Positions 33,748-42,822 of a stretch of DNA of 64,000 nt are shown here, piece by piece (position 1 is the first letter of the stretch; each line of letters begins with the position of its first letter). The DNA is from a virus (lineage: Duplodnaviria; Caudoviricetes): the IMG/VR virus record IMGVR_UViG_3300028591_000081, positions 128,001 through 192,000 of that record; one strand, 5' to 3'. The notes under the pieces were generated by a model. That model saw nothing but the letters and a program-made list of their open reading frames with translations, had not been told where the DNA came from and searched no databases. The position numbers were made by a program, and so were the translations under genes.

Positions 33748-34714
33748 AATCTCCGACTTGATCTTGCACCTGCTGGCTTACGGCCCCAGTGACCTGACCT
33801 TTCAAGGCGGCAAGCTGGTCTTTCGCTGAGGCTTCCAAGGACTCGATCTTTTTTACGATTTCTCCTTCCTTCTGTGTAAGGGCTTCTTTCAGAACGTCCC
33901 GTTTGTTCAGAAGTTCCTGATACCCATACATGTCCTTGAGAGACGGAAGAAGCTCAGCGATACTTGAAGTCTGGCTGGTGAGCATGGACAACATTGCGCC
34001 TACCCCATTGCCGGATCCAGACAAACCTTCCATTCCAAGTCCAGAACCCAAGACAGAAGACAGAGACTTCTCAAGCATCCCACCTATGGAATCTTTAATT
34101 CCTGATAAAAGGTCTGGAACATCAATCGTTGGCAATACAGAGTCCTGACCGCCGGGCGACATCAGATCGGTCATGGAATTGATGGCATTCGAGAAAGAAT
34201 CCTCAACGATCTGGCCGACATCCACATTGGTCTGAGGAACTGGTACTCCAGTCTCAGATAAAGAGACAAAGATTGGAGGAATGTTCACAACGCCTATGGC
34301 ATTTAACGCCGCAGACACTGTCGATATCCATGTCATTGTGAGAGGGTCAAACATGTAGTTCGAAATCGTTATCGACCCCATTCCTGTCAGGCTACCCTTG
34401 TAGTAGTTCGTCGGAGGATTCTCCCATAAATTGACCGCAGACAAAAGGGTTCTGGACAGAACTGCTTTTCGATACCCGAACCCTTCCATCTCAAGGTTCA
34501 TCTTGTCATTCCAATCATTACTGGAGTCTTTTTTGGTCTTTGGAGACTTGATGTCCCCGTCCAGCGTGTTGATGTCCACATAAATCATCCCGTTCTCTCT
34601 GTACCCGTCCGGGAGATTAACGATGCGTCCTATGTACACAGACAAAGGACTTTGCTTGATTTCACGGGCCATCTGCTCGGCAACAGACATGGTGGGTTTT
34701 TTATTATCAGACAT
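33677..34714 (-). CDS. N-terminal part of putative spike protein (probably frameshifted into 30517..33747)
   Basis: SVYIGRIVNLPDGYRENGMIYVDI resembles the first strands of spike OB-folds. Confidence 0.5.
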   Translation of the reverse strand: MSDNKKPTMSVAEQMAREIKQSPLSVYIGRIVNLPDGYRENGMIYVDINTLDGDIKSPKTKKDSSNDWNDKMNLEMEGFGYRKAVLSRTLLSAVNLWENPPTNYYKGSLTGMGSITISNYMFDPLTMTWISTVSAALNAIGVVNIPPIFVSLSETGVPVPQTNVDVGQIVEDSFSNAINSMTDLMSPGGQDSVLPTIDVPDLLSGIKDSIGGMLEKSLSSVLGSGLGMEGLSGSGNGVGAMLSMLTSQTSSIAELLPSLKDMYGYQELLNKRDVLKEALTQKEGEIVKKIESLEASAKDQLAALKGQVTGAVSQQVQDQVGDYEGHYGYRVSHNAEAREHLQRGH

Positions 34715-34780
34715 CTCAGACTCTCAAACAGAAATGGATTACTGCAAAAGACCTCAGCACAGCACAAAGAAACTTATCTG

Positions 34781-34820
34781 TGGTGCTGAACCCATGATGG
34801 TTTCGATTGTGTGTTATACT
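34781..34820 (+). promoter_or_regulatory. Phage promoter motif TGGTGCTGA-N22-TGTTATAC
   Basis: Recurrent motif. Confidence 0.75.
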
Positions 34821-34862
34821 CCCATCGTTCCAATGACGGAACCCTTTTAGGAGAGTATAACC

Positions 34863-35081
34863 ATGAACACTACCGACAAAGACCTCGAAAAGAAGAAAAA
34901 AGACATCGCCGCGCTTGATCAGATCATGCACTTCGCCACGAGTCTGCAAGATCAGCTCATTCGCTATAATGCCAGACAAAGCTCTTTTGACGCTCTCTAC
35001 GGGATGGACAACATCGTCGCCCAAATCTGGATAGTCGCTAGGAATGTCCGCAATAAACTTGAGGAGGGAGGTGAGGAATGA
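34863..35081 (+). CDS. Hypothetical protein, 72 aa
   Basis: AGGAG RBS; ATGA overlap with next gene. Confidence 0.75.
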   Translation: MNTTDKDLEKKKKDIAALDQIMHFATSLQDQLIRYNARQSSFDALYGMDNIVAQIWIVARNVRNKLEEGGEE

Positions 35082-35632
35082 ATCCATTCTACTATGAAGT
35101 GGAATTGACACTTCCAAAAGACGTGTCTCCGACAGAGAGGACAGTACGACTTCCGGTGAGTCATGTGACTATCCCTACATTGAAATCTTCACCCTATACG
35201 GTAGGTCTTTTCCCTGACAAGCAGTTTGGTAGAGATCTTAGCAAAGGAATACCGGAAGGATATGTTCCAAAACCTTACGACTACTTCTCAGTCCCTCACA
35301 TGGAGAAAATCGGAGACTACAAACTAGAATGCCACTTTCCAGCCAAACGTGATGATCCGTCTCGACAGGAGATTGAACAGTGGTTTAGGACACACTTTAG
35401 TCCTGACACTATCTTTTCACGTCTGAAAGTCTCCGCCACATTGTACCAGTACAATTCGGATACTAGAGCCTTAGAACGAAAGTGGAAATGCCGCGAAGTG
35501 TACCCTTCAAACCTTAGTTCCGAAGAATTCGGTTTATGGACAGATCTTATTTGTGAGGACATGGAGGATTTAACAGACAACTTCCATCCCCAGCCAAACG
35601 TCCCTCTAGTGGAACCAAAACAGGCCCTATGA
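35078..35632 (+). CDS. Hypothetical protein, possible diverged tail-tube (gp19-fold) paralog
   Basis: ATLYQYNSD..LERKWKCREVYPSNLS parallels ASLLVFAPD..VIRSWEVFGLFPTNIN of the tube protein. Confidence 0.45.
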   Translation: MNPFYYEVELTLPKDVSPTERTVRLPVSHVTIPTLKSSPYTVGLFPDKQFGRDLSKGIPEGYVPKPYDYFSVPHMEKIGDYKLECHFPAKRDDPSRQEIEQWFRTHFSPDTIFSRLKVSATLYQYNSDTRALERKWKCREVYPSNLSSEEFGLWTDLICEDMEDLTDNFHPQPNVPLVEPKQAL

Positions 35633-35726
35633 GAACGATTTGACACCTATCCCTATGGATATAGGGGTGATTACAAATGTCGCACAGAGAGCCTCCTAGG
35701 CACTTCTGTGAGGATGTTTGAAATAC

Positions 35727-35881
35727 GCCGTGAAAGTTCAGTGGCAGTAACGGGTCAAGATCCATCGGTACAACCATTTAGTGACGCAGACTATTGTTAG
35801 CGCACTGTTCCAGTCGAAATAGTCATAGCTAAAGATACGATGGTGTGATGCAGACTTTGGGTTCGATTCCCAGACACGGCA
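35727..35881 (+). ncRNA. tRNA-like RNA with ~100-nt hairpin replacing the anticodon arm
   Basis: GCCGTG/CACGGC+A acceptor, D-like GTT..AAC, T arm TTGGG-TTCGATT-CCCAG; nested CCATCG/CGATGG, TTTAG/CTAAA, GACTATT/AATAGTC. Confidence 0.65.
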
Positions 35882-35898
35882 TTGTGAAGAAATGGGCC

Positions 35899-36171
35899 AT
35901 GCTCAAGCACTTATACGTTACCATCAAAAACGGCCAGCCGGTTAAAGCAACCAAAAGCATTGCAGAATCAGGCGGCATACATGAAATTTACACCTTGTGG
36001 AATGATCAAGGCCCGGCACAATGGAACTGCGCCAAAACCAAAGAAGTCGAGATGTACATCCATGCCAATACCTTTGAGGAGTTCTGTCTGTATGACGATG
36101 ACGAGATATTCCACAAAGCCTTTGAAATCTGCGGAATTGACTTGGATGAGTGGCGTTTCGTCAACGTGTAA
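35899..36171 (+). CDS. Hypothetical protein, ~90 aa
   Basis: ORF ending at bidirectional terminator; start placed after the tRNA-like RNA. Confidence 0.6.
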   Translation: MLKHLYVTIKNGQPVKATKSIAESGGIHEIYTLWNDQGPAQWNCAKTKEVEMYIHANTFEEFCLYDDDEIFHKAFEICGIDLDEWRFVNV

Positions 36172-36172
36172 T

Positions 36173-36201
36173 AAAAATGGCCTCTATGATGAGGCCATTT
36201 T
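36173..36201. terminator. Bidirectional terminator
   Basis: AAAATGGCCTC/GAGGCCATTTT. Confidence 0.8.
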
Positions 36202-36202
36202 A

Positions 36203-39200
36203 TCATGCAAAGATTCTGGACTGCATAGGCATGGAGGAACTCCTCAACCTGTCCACTTCCCTGTCTCGATTCATGGACTTGACTTGATTGGACAGTTCCC
36301 GAATCTGTTCAGACAATTCCTTCATAGACTTCTGCATCGAGATAGCCTCGGACTGCTTGTCTGAGAACTCTCCGATGCTGGTCAGATACTTCAACTGCAT
36401 CTGCGCATCCATACTGCCTAATACAGAGTACTTCTCTTCAAGCTGTCTGATGTAATTCTCGAATCCTTCCCTCATCGTCGCGAACTGTAATGGCATCCCG
36501 TCCACCTGAACTTCTTGAGACTCTGCCATGACATTTCTTGAGAGCCGTTCCAGCTCTATCGGGTTCAACACGTCTCCACGCTTTGCACCAAGGATTCCAA
36601 GAATCAAGTCCTGCTTCAGCTTCATGTCATGGTGAGGTTTGTCCATGAAGTACTTGTAGGTTTCATCCAGTTCACGAAGTACTTCGCTGAAGTTACTCGG
36701 TTTTCTGCCAGAAACACCTCCAGTGTTCATGGACGCCGTAGCCTCTGACTGAGCCAGACTGGTAACGGGTTTGGTTGGAGCTGGAGCACTAGCTTCTGCA
36801 TCACCCATGGTTTCCGTAAAATCCGGCGGTTCCGATATAGGTACATTGACGGAATCCGTGTAGTTCCCAAACATAGATTTGAAATACCCAGCGAGCTTGA
36901 ATCGGTTCGGTTTCCATGCCGTGTTCTGGACACCGATGTTGCTGGTTCGGGTTCTGAGGAAGCCAGCCGGGTTCTTTTTGGAATAAATCGAGGCAGAACC
37001 TGCGGCGTTCCAGTAATGATCACTGGATGACGCGATGCCGACATGCGTAGGCCGCTTATCAGAGGATTTGTTTCCCACGAACGTTCCCGGATTACCTGTA
37101 AAAACAAACATACCCGGTTTGACCTGATCCTGAGGAACACTGACCCAATCGGGATCGTGTATCAGGCCGGGCCATGGATACTCTTTTGGATTTTCAGGAT
37201 AGCCGTACACAATCGTGGAGATAGGATACATGAATCGCTTGGCGAGCTTTCCATAACCTATGGCATCCAGACCGTACCAGACCAGCTCATTGCAGACAAA
37301 CCCTTCCCATTTCTTTCCTGTGTAAGGATCTTTTACTCCATGTAGCTCATAGTTCAGGTTCTTCTTGCTGGCCGCCCAGCTAACCAACTCACTGATAATC
37401 TGGTATGCTTTTTCTTCCTTCTCGGTCTTCTCTGGTTTTGGTATTTCAGACTTGTTCGGTTCTGGTTTTACCTCAGGAATCTTCGACATGTTGGCCTGTG
37501 AGGCTTTCTGCGCCGTACCAAGCGCGTCGGACATAGCACTGAAGGCTTCTCGTGAGGCTTCAGGAATATCTGAACGATCTTTGACCTGATCGGCCAAATC
37601 TTTCATACGTTCCGGCTTGGTCGCTGGCAGTACGGCCTCCGTTTTGTTTCCTTCACCGATCTGCGTTACGGCTTCCTGTGTGAAGACGTTACCCTCTGAG
37701 GAATAATACTTTGCTCTGATTTCGTCCCGGTTCTCTGCCGTGTCTTCGTCAGAAACCCCACTTCCAATACCACTTCCTATTGCCCCTAACCCAAAAGCTC
37801 CGGCCAACGCACCCAAAGCACCTGCCACAAATTTGGCCTTTCCAGATCCTCCGAAACGACTGGCCATCTTAAATCCAGCGACGGCTCCTCCTACACCACC
37901 TCCGGTTGCACCTATACCGGCCCCCAGAGCTGAGTTTTCTTTTTTCTTGGCACGAATGACGGTTCCGAGACTCTCATCATAAGCCTGTTCCAATTCCTCA
38001 ACACGGGACTTCAACTTGGTATAGGATCTCCTGTCTCCGGACTGGTAAGCCTTTTCCATTTCTTTCCGGGCTTCGGCCAGTTCCTTACCCTTGTCACGCG
38101 CATTGTTCTCGGCTTCTTCCCGCCCATTCTTCTCACGCCACCAGCCTTTCCATGCATCCACAATTTTATGCACTGCCGCCACAGCCGCAAGAATACCTAT
38201 TAGTGGGCCAGCAATAGCTTTGAGACCCGTAGCAATCTTTGGCAATCCTTTGGTGCTAAACTCAAGCAATTTCCCGGACACCTTGGACAATGCTCCTGTT
38301 CCCTTCGCCGTAGTTTCCAACCACTCGCCTACCTTCGGGAATGCTTTTGTAATCGACTGTGCTTGCAAGGCCATGATTACCATCGTGAAACCTTTCTTCA
38401 CGATATCCTGCATGGTTCCGGCCCCGTTTACACCCCACAGAAATGAAGTGGCTCCAGTAAGAGCACCACCCACGGTCGCAGAAATGTCATCCTTGATACG
38501 TTCCGTCCAAGGTAGTTCCTGTCCTCCCTGTGCTTCTCCGACCGTGGCATTGTGTCCCTGTCGTCCAGAGGTCATGTTCATCAGGTTCATGGCCATCTTC
38601 ACTGAGGCATCATCCCCTTTCTGTTGAAGAGCCATCGCATAAGCCTGCATGTTTTTGGCTACGGATTCGTTCGTAGATGCTATTTCCGAAAGGCGTTTCT
38701 GCATTTCCTTAGAGGACATCCCTGTAACATCTACCCCGGCACTGGACAGGAATCCAGCCATATTCTTCCACATCTGGTCCTGACCCTGCCCGCCATAATA
38801 CCCAAGGGATGTCTTCAAATCAGCAAAAGCTAGATTCTGTGCCCTCTGCTGATCCATCCCCATGTTCACCATCTGTTGTACTTCTTTGGTGAACTTGGAA
38901 ACCATCTCTGCGGTTTCATCGCCGGTCTTCATGGAGGTCTGAGCCAGACTGACGATCTTCTCGAAGTCCTGAGAGAGTTTTGCTGTATCGGTACGAATCG
39001 TGTTCTCCCCGCTCTGGGCCGCCATAATCTGTTCAAGCATCTTACGCTGGGAGGCTTCTCCCATTTTCATGTTGTCCAGAGCAAGCAACGTTTCACGATT
39101 CACAGATACACCGAACTTATCCAGACCGGTTACAAGGGCATTGGTGGAATCAGCCAAGTGCGTGGCATTGAGGCCATTTTTCAACACCTGATCTTTAATG

Positions 39201-40060
39201 GCCTTGATGCTGTCTGACACAGTAATGTGTATTCCGAGAGAGTCCGTGACAGCCGTCCGTGCCCCAAGAGTCGCATCCATGATCTTGGCACTGGTCTCAC
39301 CGTTTACATGGTAGGTACGACGCAGTTCGTCATTGAACTTCTCGAACTTATCCATGGAGCTGACAAGGAAATCACGGATACTCTCAAGAATCTTCACTGC
39401 AACAGAGTTCTTGACGACATCCTGTAAATCTTGTGCCCTCTGACCCTGCTCCCCTTCACCAGTGTTGGGGTTCGGCCCTTGATCAACGTTCGTACTTCCC
39501 TGAGCTTCCGCCGCCAACGTACTCGCTTTTGAAGACTTAGTTCCTTCAGGCGTCCGGCTGGCATCCGTAGGAGAAGAATGTACAGCAGGTCTAGGAACTT
39601 CTGGAACCTGTGGTACAGGACGGGCCTGAGGCGTCTGGGTAGGAAAAGGCGGTTGTCCAATATCACTATGACGTTCCTGTGGAAAGGTTCCGTCCCCGCC
39701 TTCTTTTTTCGATGCGGCACCAACATCTTTCAACGTGTCTGCTGTGTTTTTTAACAGCTCTTCGTGCTGGGTTTGGTTCTGCTCCAGCAGTTTTAGCCTC
39801 TGGTTCAGGCTACTCACGGCCTGATTGATGTTGGTAAACGCAGTATGTAACTGAGGAAGGATTCCCTGCACCTGACCTTGGAATCGTTCGAGCTTCTGGT
39901 CTCTGTCCTTCTGAGCTTGATCAAGTTCTTTCTGTTTCTTTTCCTGATCCTTGACATACTGGTCAAATGACTTTTTGGTCTCAGACAAAGTCGATGCAAG
40001 GTCAGCGTCCTTCACGCTCACCGTGATTCCTGATTCAGTTGTTGCCACATACTTTGCCAT
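36203..40060 (-). CDS. Tape measure protein with C-terminal NlpC/P60-like peptidoglycan hydrolase domain
   Basis: Helical Ala/Gly-rich protein with TM-like stretches, IGEGNKTEAVLP motif, GFVCNELVW..VKPGMFVF..THVGI; downstream of tube gene. Confidence 0.75.
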   Translation of the reverse strand: MAKYVATTESGITVSVKDADLASTLSETKKSFDQYVKDQEKKQKELDQAQKDRDQKLERFQGQVQGILPQLHTAFTNINQAVSSLNQRLKLLEQNQTQHEELLKNTADTLKDVGAASKKEGGDGTFPQERHSDIGQPPFPTQTPQARPVPQVPEVPRPAVHSSPTDASRTPEGTKSSKASTLAAEAQGSTNVDQGPNPNTGEGEQGQRAQDLQDVVKNSVAVKILESIRDFLVSSMDKFEKFNDELRRTYHVNGETSAKIMDATLGARTAVTDSLGIHITVSDSIKAIKDQVLKNGLNATHLADSTNALVTGLDKFGVSVNRETLLALDNMKMGEASQRKMLEQIMAAQSGENTIRTDTAKLSQDFEKIVSLAQTSMKTGDETAEMVSKFTKEVQQMVNMGMDQQRAQNLAFADLKTSLGYYGGQGQDQMWKNMAGFLSSAGVDVTGMSSKEMQKRLSEIASTNESVAKNMQAYAMALQQKGDDASVKMAMNLMNMTSGRQGHNATVGEAQGGQELPWTERIKDDISATVGGALTGATSFLWGVNGAGTMQDIVKKGFTMVIMALQAQSITKAFPKVGEWLETTAKGTGALSKVSGKLLEFSTKGLPKIATGLKAIAGPLIGILAAVAAVHKIVDAWKGWWREKNGREEAENNARDKGKELAEARKEMEKAYQSGDRRSYTKLKSRVEELEQAYDESLGTVIRAKKKENSALGAGIGATGGGVGGAVAGFKMASRFGGSGKAKFVAGALGALAGAFGLGAIGSGIGSGVSDEDTAENRDEIRAKYYSSEGNVFTQEAVTQIGEGNKTEAVLPATKPERMKDLADQVKDRSDIPEASREAFSAMSDALGTAQKASQANMSKIPEVKPEPNKSEIPKPEKTEKEEKAYQIISELVSWAASKKNLNYELHGVKDPYTGKKWEGFVCNELVWYGLDAIGYGKLAKRFMYPISTIVYGYPENPKEYPWPGLIHDPDWVSVPQDQVKPGMFVFTGNPGTFVGNKSSDKRPTHVGIASSSDHYWNAAGSASIYSKKNPAGFLRTRTSNIGVQNTAWKPNRFKLAGYFKSMFGNYTDSVNVPISEPPDFTETMGDAEASAPAPTKPVTSLAQSEATASMNTGGVSGRKPSNFSEVLRELDETYKYFMDKPHHDMKLKQDLILGILGAKRGDVLNPIELERLSRNVMAESQEVQVDGMPLQFATMREGFENYIRQLEEKYSVLGSMDAQMQLKYLTSIGEFSDKQSEAISMQKSMKELSEQIRELSNQVKSMNRDREVDRLRSSSMPMQSRIFA

Positions 40061-40089
40061 ATCTCGTCTCCACACTATCGCCGATACCT

Positions 40090-40125
40090 AAAAAGAAAGG
40101 GAGTAGCGAAAACAACCACTCCCTT
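40090..40125 (-). terminator. Intrinsic terminator
   Basis: AAGGGAGT/ACTCCCTT with T-tract on minus strand. Confidence 0.6.
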
Positions 40126-40162
40126 CCTCAACCATCACCGTCATCTGATGCTATATGCTAGA

Positions 40163-41038
40163 CTATCTGAAACGCCGGATAGATAATCGTCTTCCCTCAT
40201 TCATACGATAGGCAACCGTGTCACGAACCCAGTCAGCAAGACCTTCTGCATCCTGAACGTTCTCCACAGTCTTAACGGCTTCATCATCCACATAGATAAC
40301 CATTGCAAGGGAACCCTTGTACGGCACAAGCACAACCGTAACCTGATGAGGCATTTTGTTCTTGTCCGAAAAATTCCCTGTATATGTGGCCAGAGCATCT
40401 TCGGCAAGAGCTACCGAATACACTTTGGTAAGGTCGATAATGTAATCGGCCCCAACGGACTGTACAGTAACCTCAACAGCTCGTGCGATGTTCTGCGCGG
40501 ACTCTCTCAAATTCTGATTCATCGGGGAAATGTTTTTGTCCAGCACATCACTGTCTTCACCAGTAGCCGAAGTATCCGAACGCTGAGACATTACATAGGC
40601 ATTAGACTGGTCTCGAAGGAAATCAAGAAACCCCTGTGCATCGATCCGGCAATTCAGTGACGGGGAGTACCCATCCATACCTTCACATCGCGTGATAATA
40701 CCATCATTATTGACATCCAATGTAATGACCAGAGCCTTGGTCTTGTCCGTAACATTAGATTCCAGAGTGTCATCGAAAGCCGTAAGTGTCCATGTCTCTG
40801 TACCATCTTGATGATGGACGATATCTAGGTCTGCACGGCTCCCGCATCCCGCCTGTGTAAGAATGCTGTCAATAACGCTCTCAAGAGCTTCACGGGTTTC
40901 TACATTCTCAAATATGTCGGAAGGTTTCCCGACTTCGAGATTTTCAGCTACGACCTCCATGTCGAAGTTTTCATACTTCGGAACACGGAATGCCGGTGCG
41001 ATTCGTCGGCCATCGCGGCCTGTAAGCGTATTACTCAT
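40163..41038 (-). CDS. Hypothetical acidic protein with basic N- and C-terminal peptides
   Basis: GGAGG RBS; leader ...RRIAPAFRVPKYE and tail NEGRRLSIRRFR. Confidence 0.75.
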   Translation of the reverse strand: MSNTLTGRDGRRIAPAFRVPKYENFDMEVVAENLEVGKPSDIFENVETREALESVIDSILTQAGCGSRADLDIVHHQDGTETWTLTAFDDTLESNVTDKTKALVITLDVNNDGIITRCEGMDGYSPSLNCRIDAQGFLDFLRDQSNAYVMSQRSDTSATGEDSDVLDKNISPMNQNLRESAQNIARAVEVTVQSVGADYIIDLTKVYSVALAEDALATYTGNFSDKNKMPHQVTVVLVPYKGSLAMVIYVDDEAVKTVENVQDAEGLADWVRDTVAYRMNEGRRLSIRRFR

Positions 41039-41050
41039 AGGCCACCTCCA

Positions 41051-41653
41051 TTACGCATTGGTATCACTGGAAGAAACCGTTGTACGCTCCAGACGGTCAC
41101 ACGAGAAACTGCACGTGATCTGTGTGAACCCGCCACCCGTACCCATGTTCGGGATATTGATGTTCGTCGGGAAAAGCCCAAAGACTTCCCACGAACGAAT
41201 AACGCTGGCGTCAGGGGCAAACACAAGAAGGGATGCCGTAGTTTTGTAATTCACGGCCAGACCCATGAGCTTGTCTCCATCGAAATTGTAAATAAGACGG
41301 AACCAGTCCAGAAGCATGTTCTGAATATCGTAACCGATACTGTCAATGCAGTTGATGGACACCTGACCACCCATAGTCGGGTTCGTTGCAATAAAGACCT
41401 GCTCATTACCACGTTTGATGCTCTGAGGAGTGACCGACAGGGCCGGTAAAGAGACAGACTGCACTGCAAGACGAATGATGTTGGAGTCATTTTGCGTAAA
41501 GGCACGTCGCGCTGAGTTCATCTTCTCAGGGAATGCCTGTGTAGGAAGGTTGATTACCAATTCCCAATGAGAGTCGCGTTGCGGTTCCCAGTTCGCATTG
41601 TCTGTAAAATGGGACGCACCATAATACTGGGATAATCTTACGTCACTAGCCAT
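41051..41653 (-). CDS. Tail tube protein (T4 gp19-like)
   Basis: WEPQRDSHWEL, VSLP..V, NYKTTASLLVFAPD..IRSWEVFGLFPTNI, ITCSFSCD; downstream of sheath. Confidence 0.85.
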   Translation of the reverse strand: MASDVRLSQYYGASHFTDNANWEPQRDSHWELVINLPTQAFPEKMNSARRAFTQNDSNIIRLAVQSVSLPALSVTPQSIKRGNEQVFIATNPTMGGQVSINCIDSIGYDIQNMLLDWFRLIYNFDGDKLMGLAVNYKTTASLLVFAPDASVIRSWEVFGLFPTNINIPNMGTGGGFTQITCSFSCDRLERTTVSSSDTNA

Positions 41654-41668
41654 AATGGTACCTCCTTA

Positions 41669-42721
41669 TTACTTAGCCGGTTTCGGATTTCCGGGGGCCA
41701 AGCGATGAATACGGAACCCGTTGATTCTGGATTCAGTAGCAATCACCACCTTGTGGTTCTTCGCATAAACACGAATATCGCTGGGATCTTCTGCTTCAGA
41801 AGACTCCGTAACGGTCTCGCTGATGTCAGGAAATTCTGCTGAATCTGCGGCCTGAATCGCCTGATTTGCTGAGGCATCGGGTTTAAGATCCAAGTCCTGA
41901 GGCGTCACCTGTTCAGGAGCAGGAATGTCGTCCTCATTTTTCTTCTTGCGCTCAGGAGATTTGGCCCACAGCATAGCCTCCCGGAATGCCTTGCTGGCCG
42001 AGTTGTCATCCGTGAAATCCTCAAATTCTTTGGTCTTGGTGTAAATCTTTGCGAAGGGCTGATCTCCGCATTCCACGAATACATCCACACCGGCATTGTA
42101 CGCCTGTGCACAGACCTTCATGGCGTCCTGCAAAGACTCAAACTCACCTGAGTATTTCTTACGTGTCGCCGCATGTTCACGAGTAATGCAGGACACCTTG
42201 TACAAACAGTCCTCTCCTTCATTCGCAGAAGCCTTGCAGATAGAAGCCACTTTGTGGACTTTTTCGGTCTTGGCCTTGCTTGATTTCAGGAACGTAATGC
42301 GATGAATGGAAACCTCACCATTCGATCCGTTCAACGCCTTCCCTTCAACACAGACCAAGTCTCCCTTTCGGACATGCTTTAGGATGATTTCCTTGGACTT
42401 GCCGCCCGTAGAGCAAATCCGTTCCAAAGTCTGATCTCCGACGCCGCTCGAATAGACCAGAGTAAGGACAACTTTTCGACCCTTCATCTCTGGGTCGGAT
42501 TTCACCCTGCCAATGATGATGGTGTACGACATCCCGTCCTCATTCGCGAGATCATCATCTGTTGCACCCATGGTCTTAGCCAGTATGTCAAATTCTTTCT
42601 GGGACTCTGCCTCAATCACGTCATCGGACAGAACGTTCTTTTCAAGATGACGACGGAACGAGTTGCGATACTCATTCTCACGATTACGCATATCCATGTT
42701 GCGCCAATTTTTGCGAATCAT
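41669..42721 (-). CDS. Hypothetical protein containing an SSB-like OB-fold
   Basis: TIIIGRVKSDPEMK...KHVRKGDLVCVEGK matches the SSB pattern; basic leader and tail. Confidence 0.55.
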   Translation of the reverse strand: MIRKNWRNMDMRNRENEYRNSFRRHLEKNVLSDDVIEAESQKEFDILAKTMGATDDDLANEDGMSYTIIIGRVKSDPEMKGRKVVLTLVYSSGVGDQTLERICSTGGKSKEIILKHVRKGDLVCVEGKALNGSNGEVSIHRITFLKSSKAKTEKVHKVASICKASANEGEDCLYKVSCITREHAATRKKYSGEFESLQDAMKVCAQAYNAGVDVFVECGDQPFAKIYTKTKEFEDFTDDNSASKAFREAMLWAKSPERKKKNEDDIPAPEQVTPQDLDLKPDASANQAIQAADSAEFPDISETVTESSEAEDPSDIRVYAKNHKVVIATESRINGFRIHRLAPGNPKPAK

Positions 42722-42756
42722 ATTTCCTCCAAAACTATGTATCTCTTAGTTGATGA

Positions 42757-42816
42757 GCTTGAAATGATTTTGGGCATCATCCCTCGTCTTCACAATTCGA
42801 TAGGTGATGCCCAAAA
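42757..42816. terminator. Hairpin after sheath gene
   Basis: TTTTGGGCATCA/TGATGCCCAAAA. Confidence 0.5.
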
Positions 42817-42822
42817 CACGGA

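Noticed and set aside
34716-34760. Minus-strand CTGTGCTGA as a promoter-motif copy
   Set aside because: Degenerate box followed by TGTTTG rather than TGnTA.
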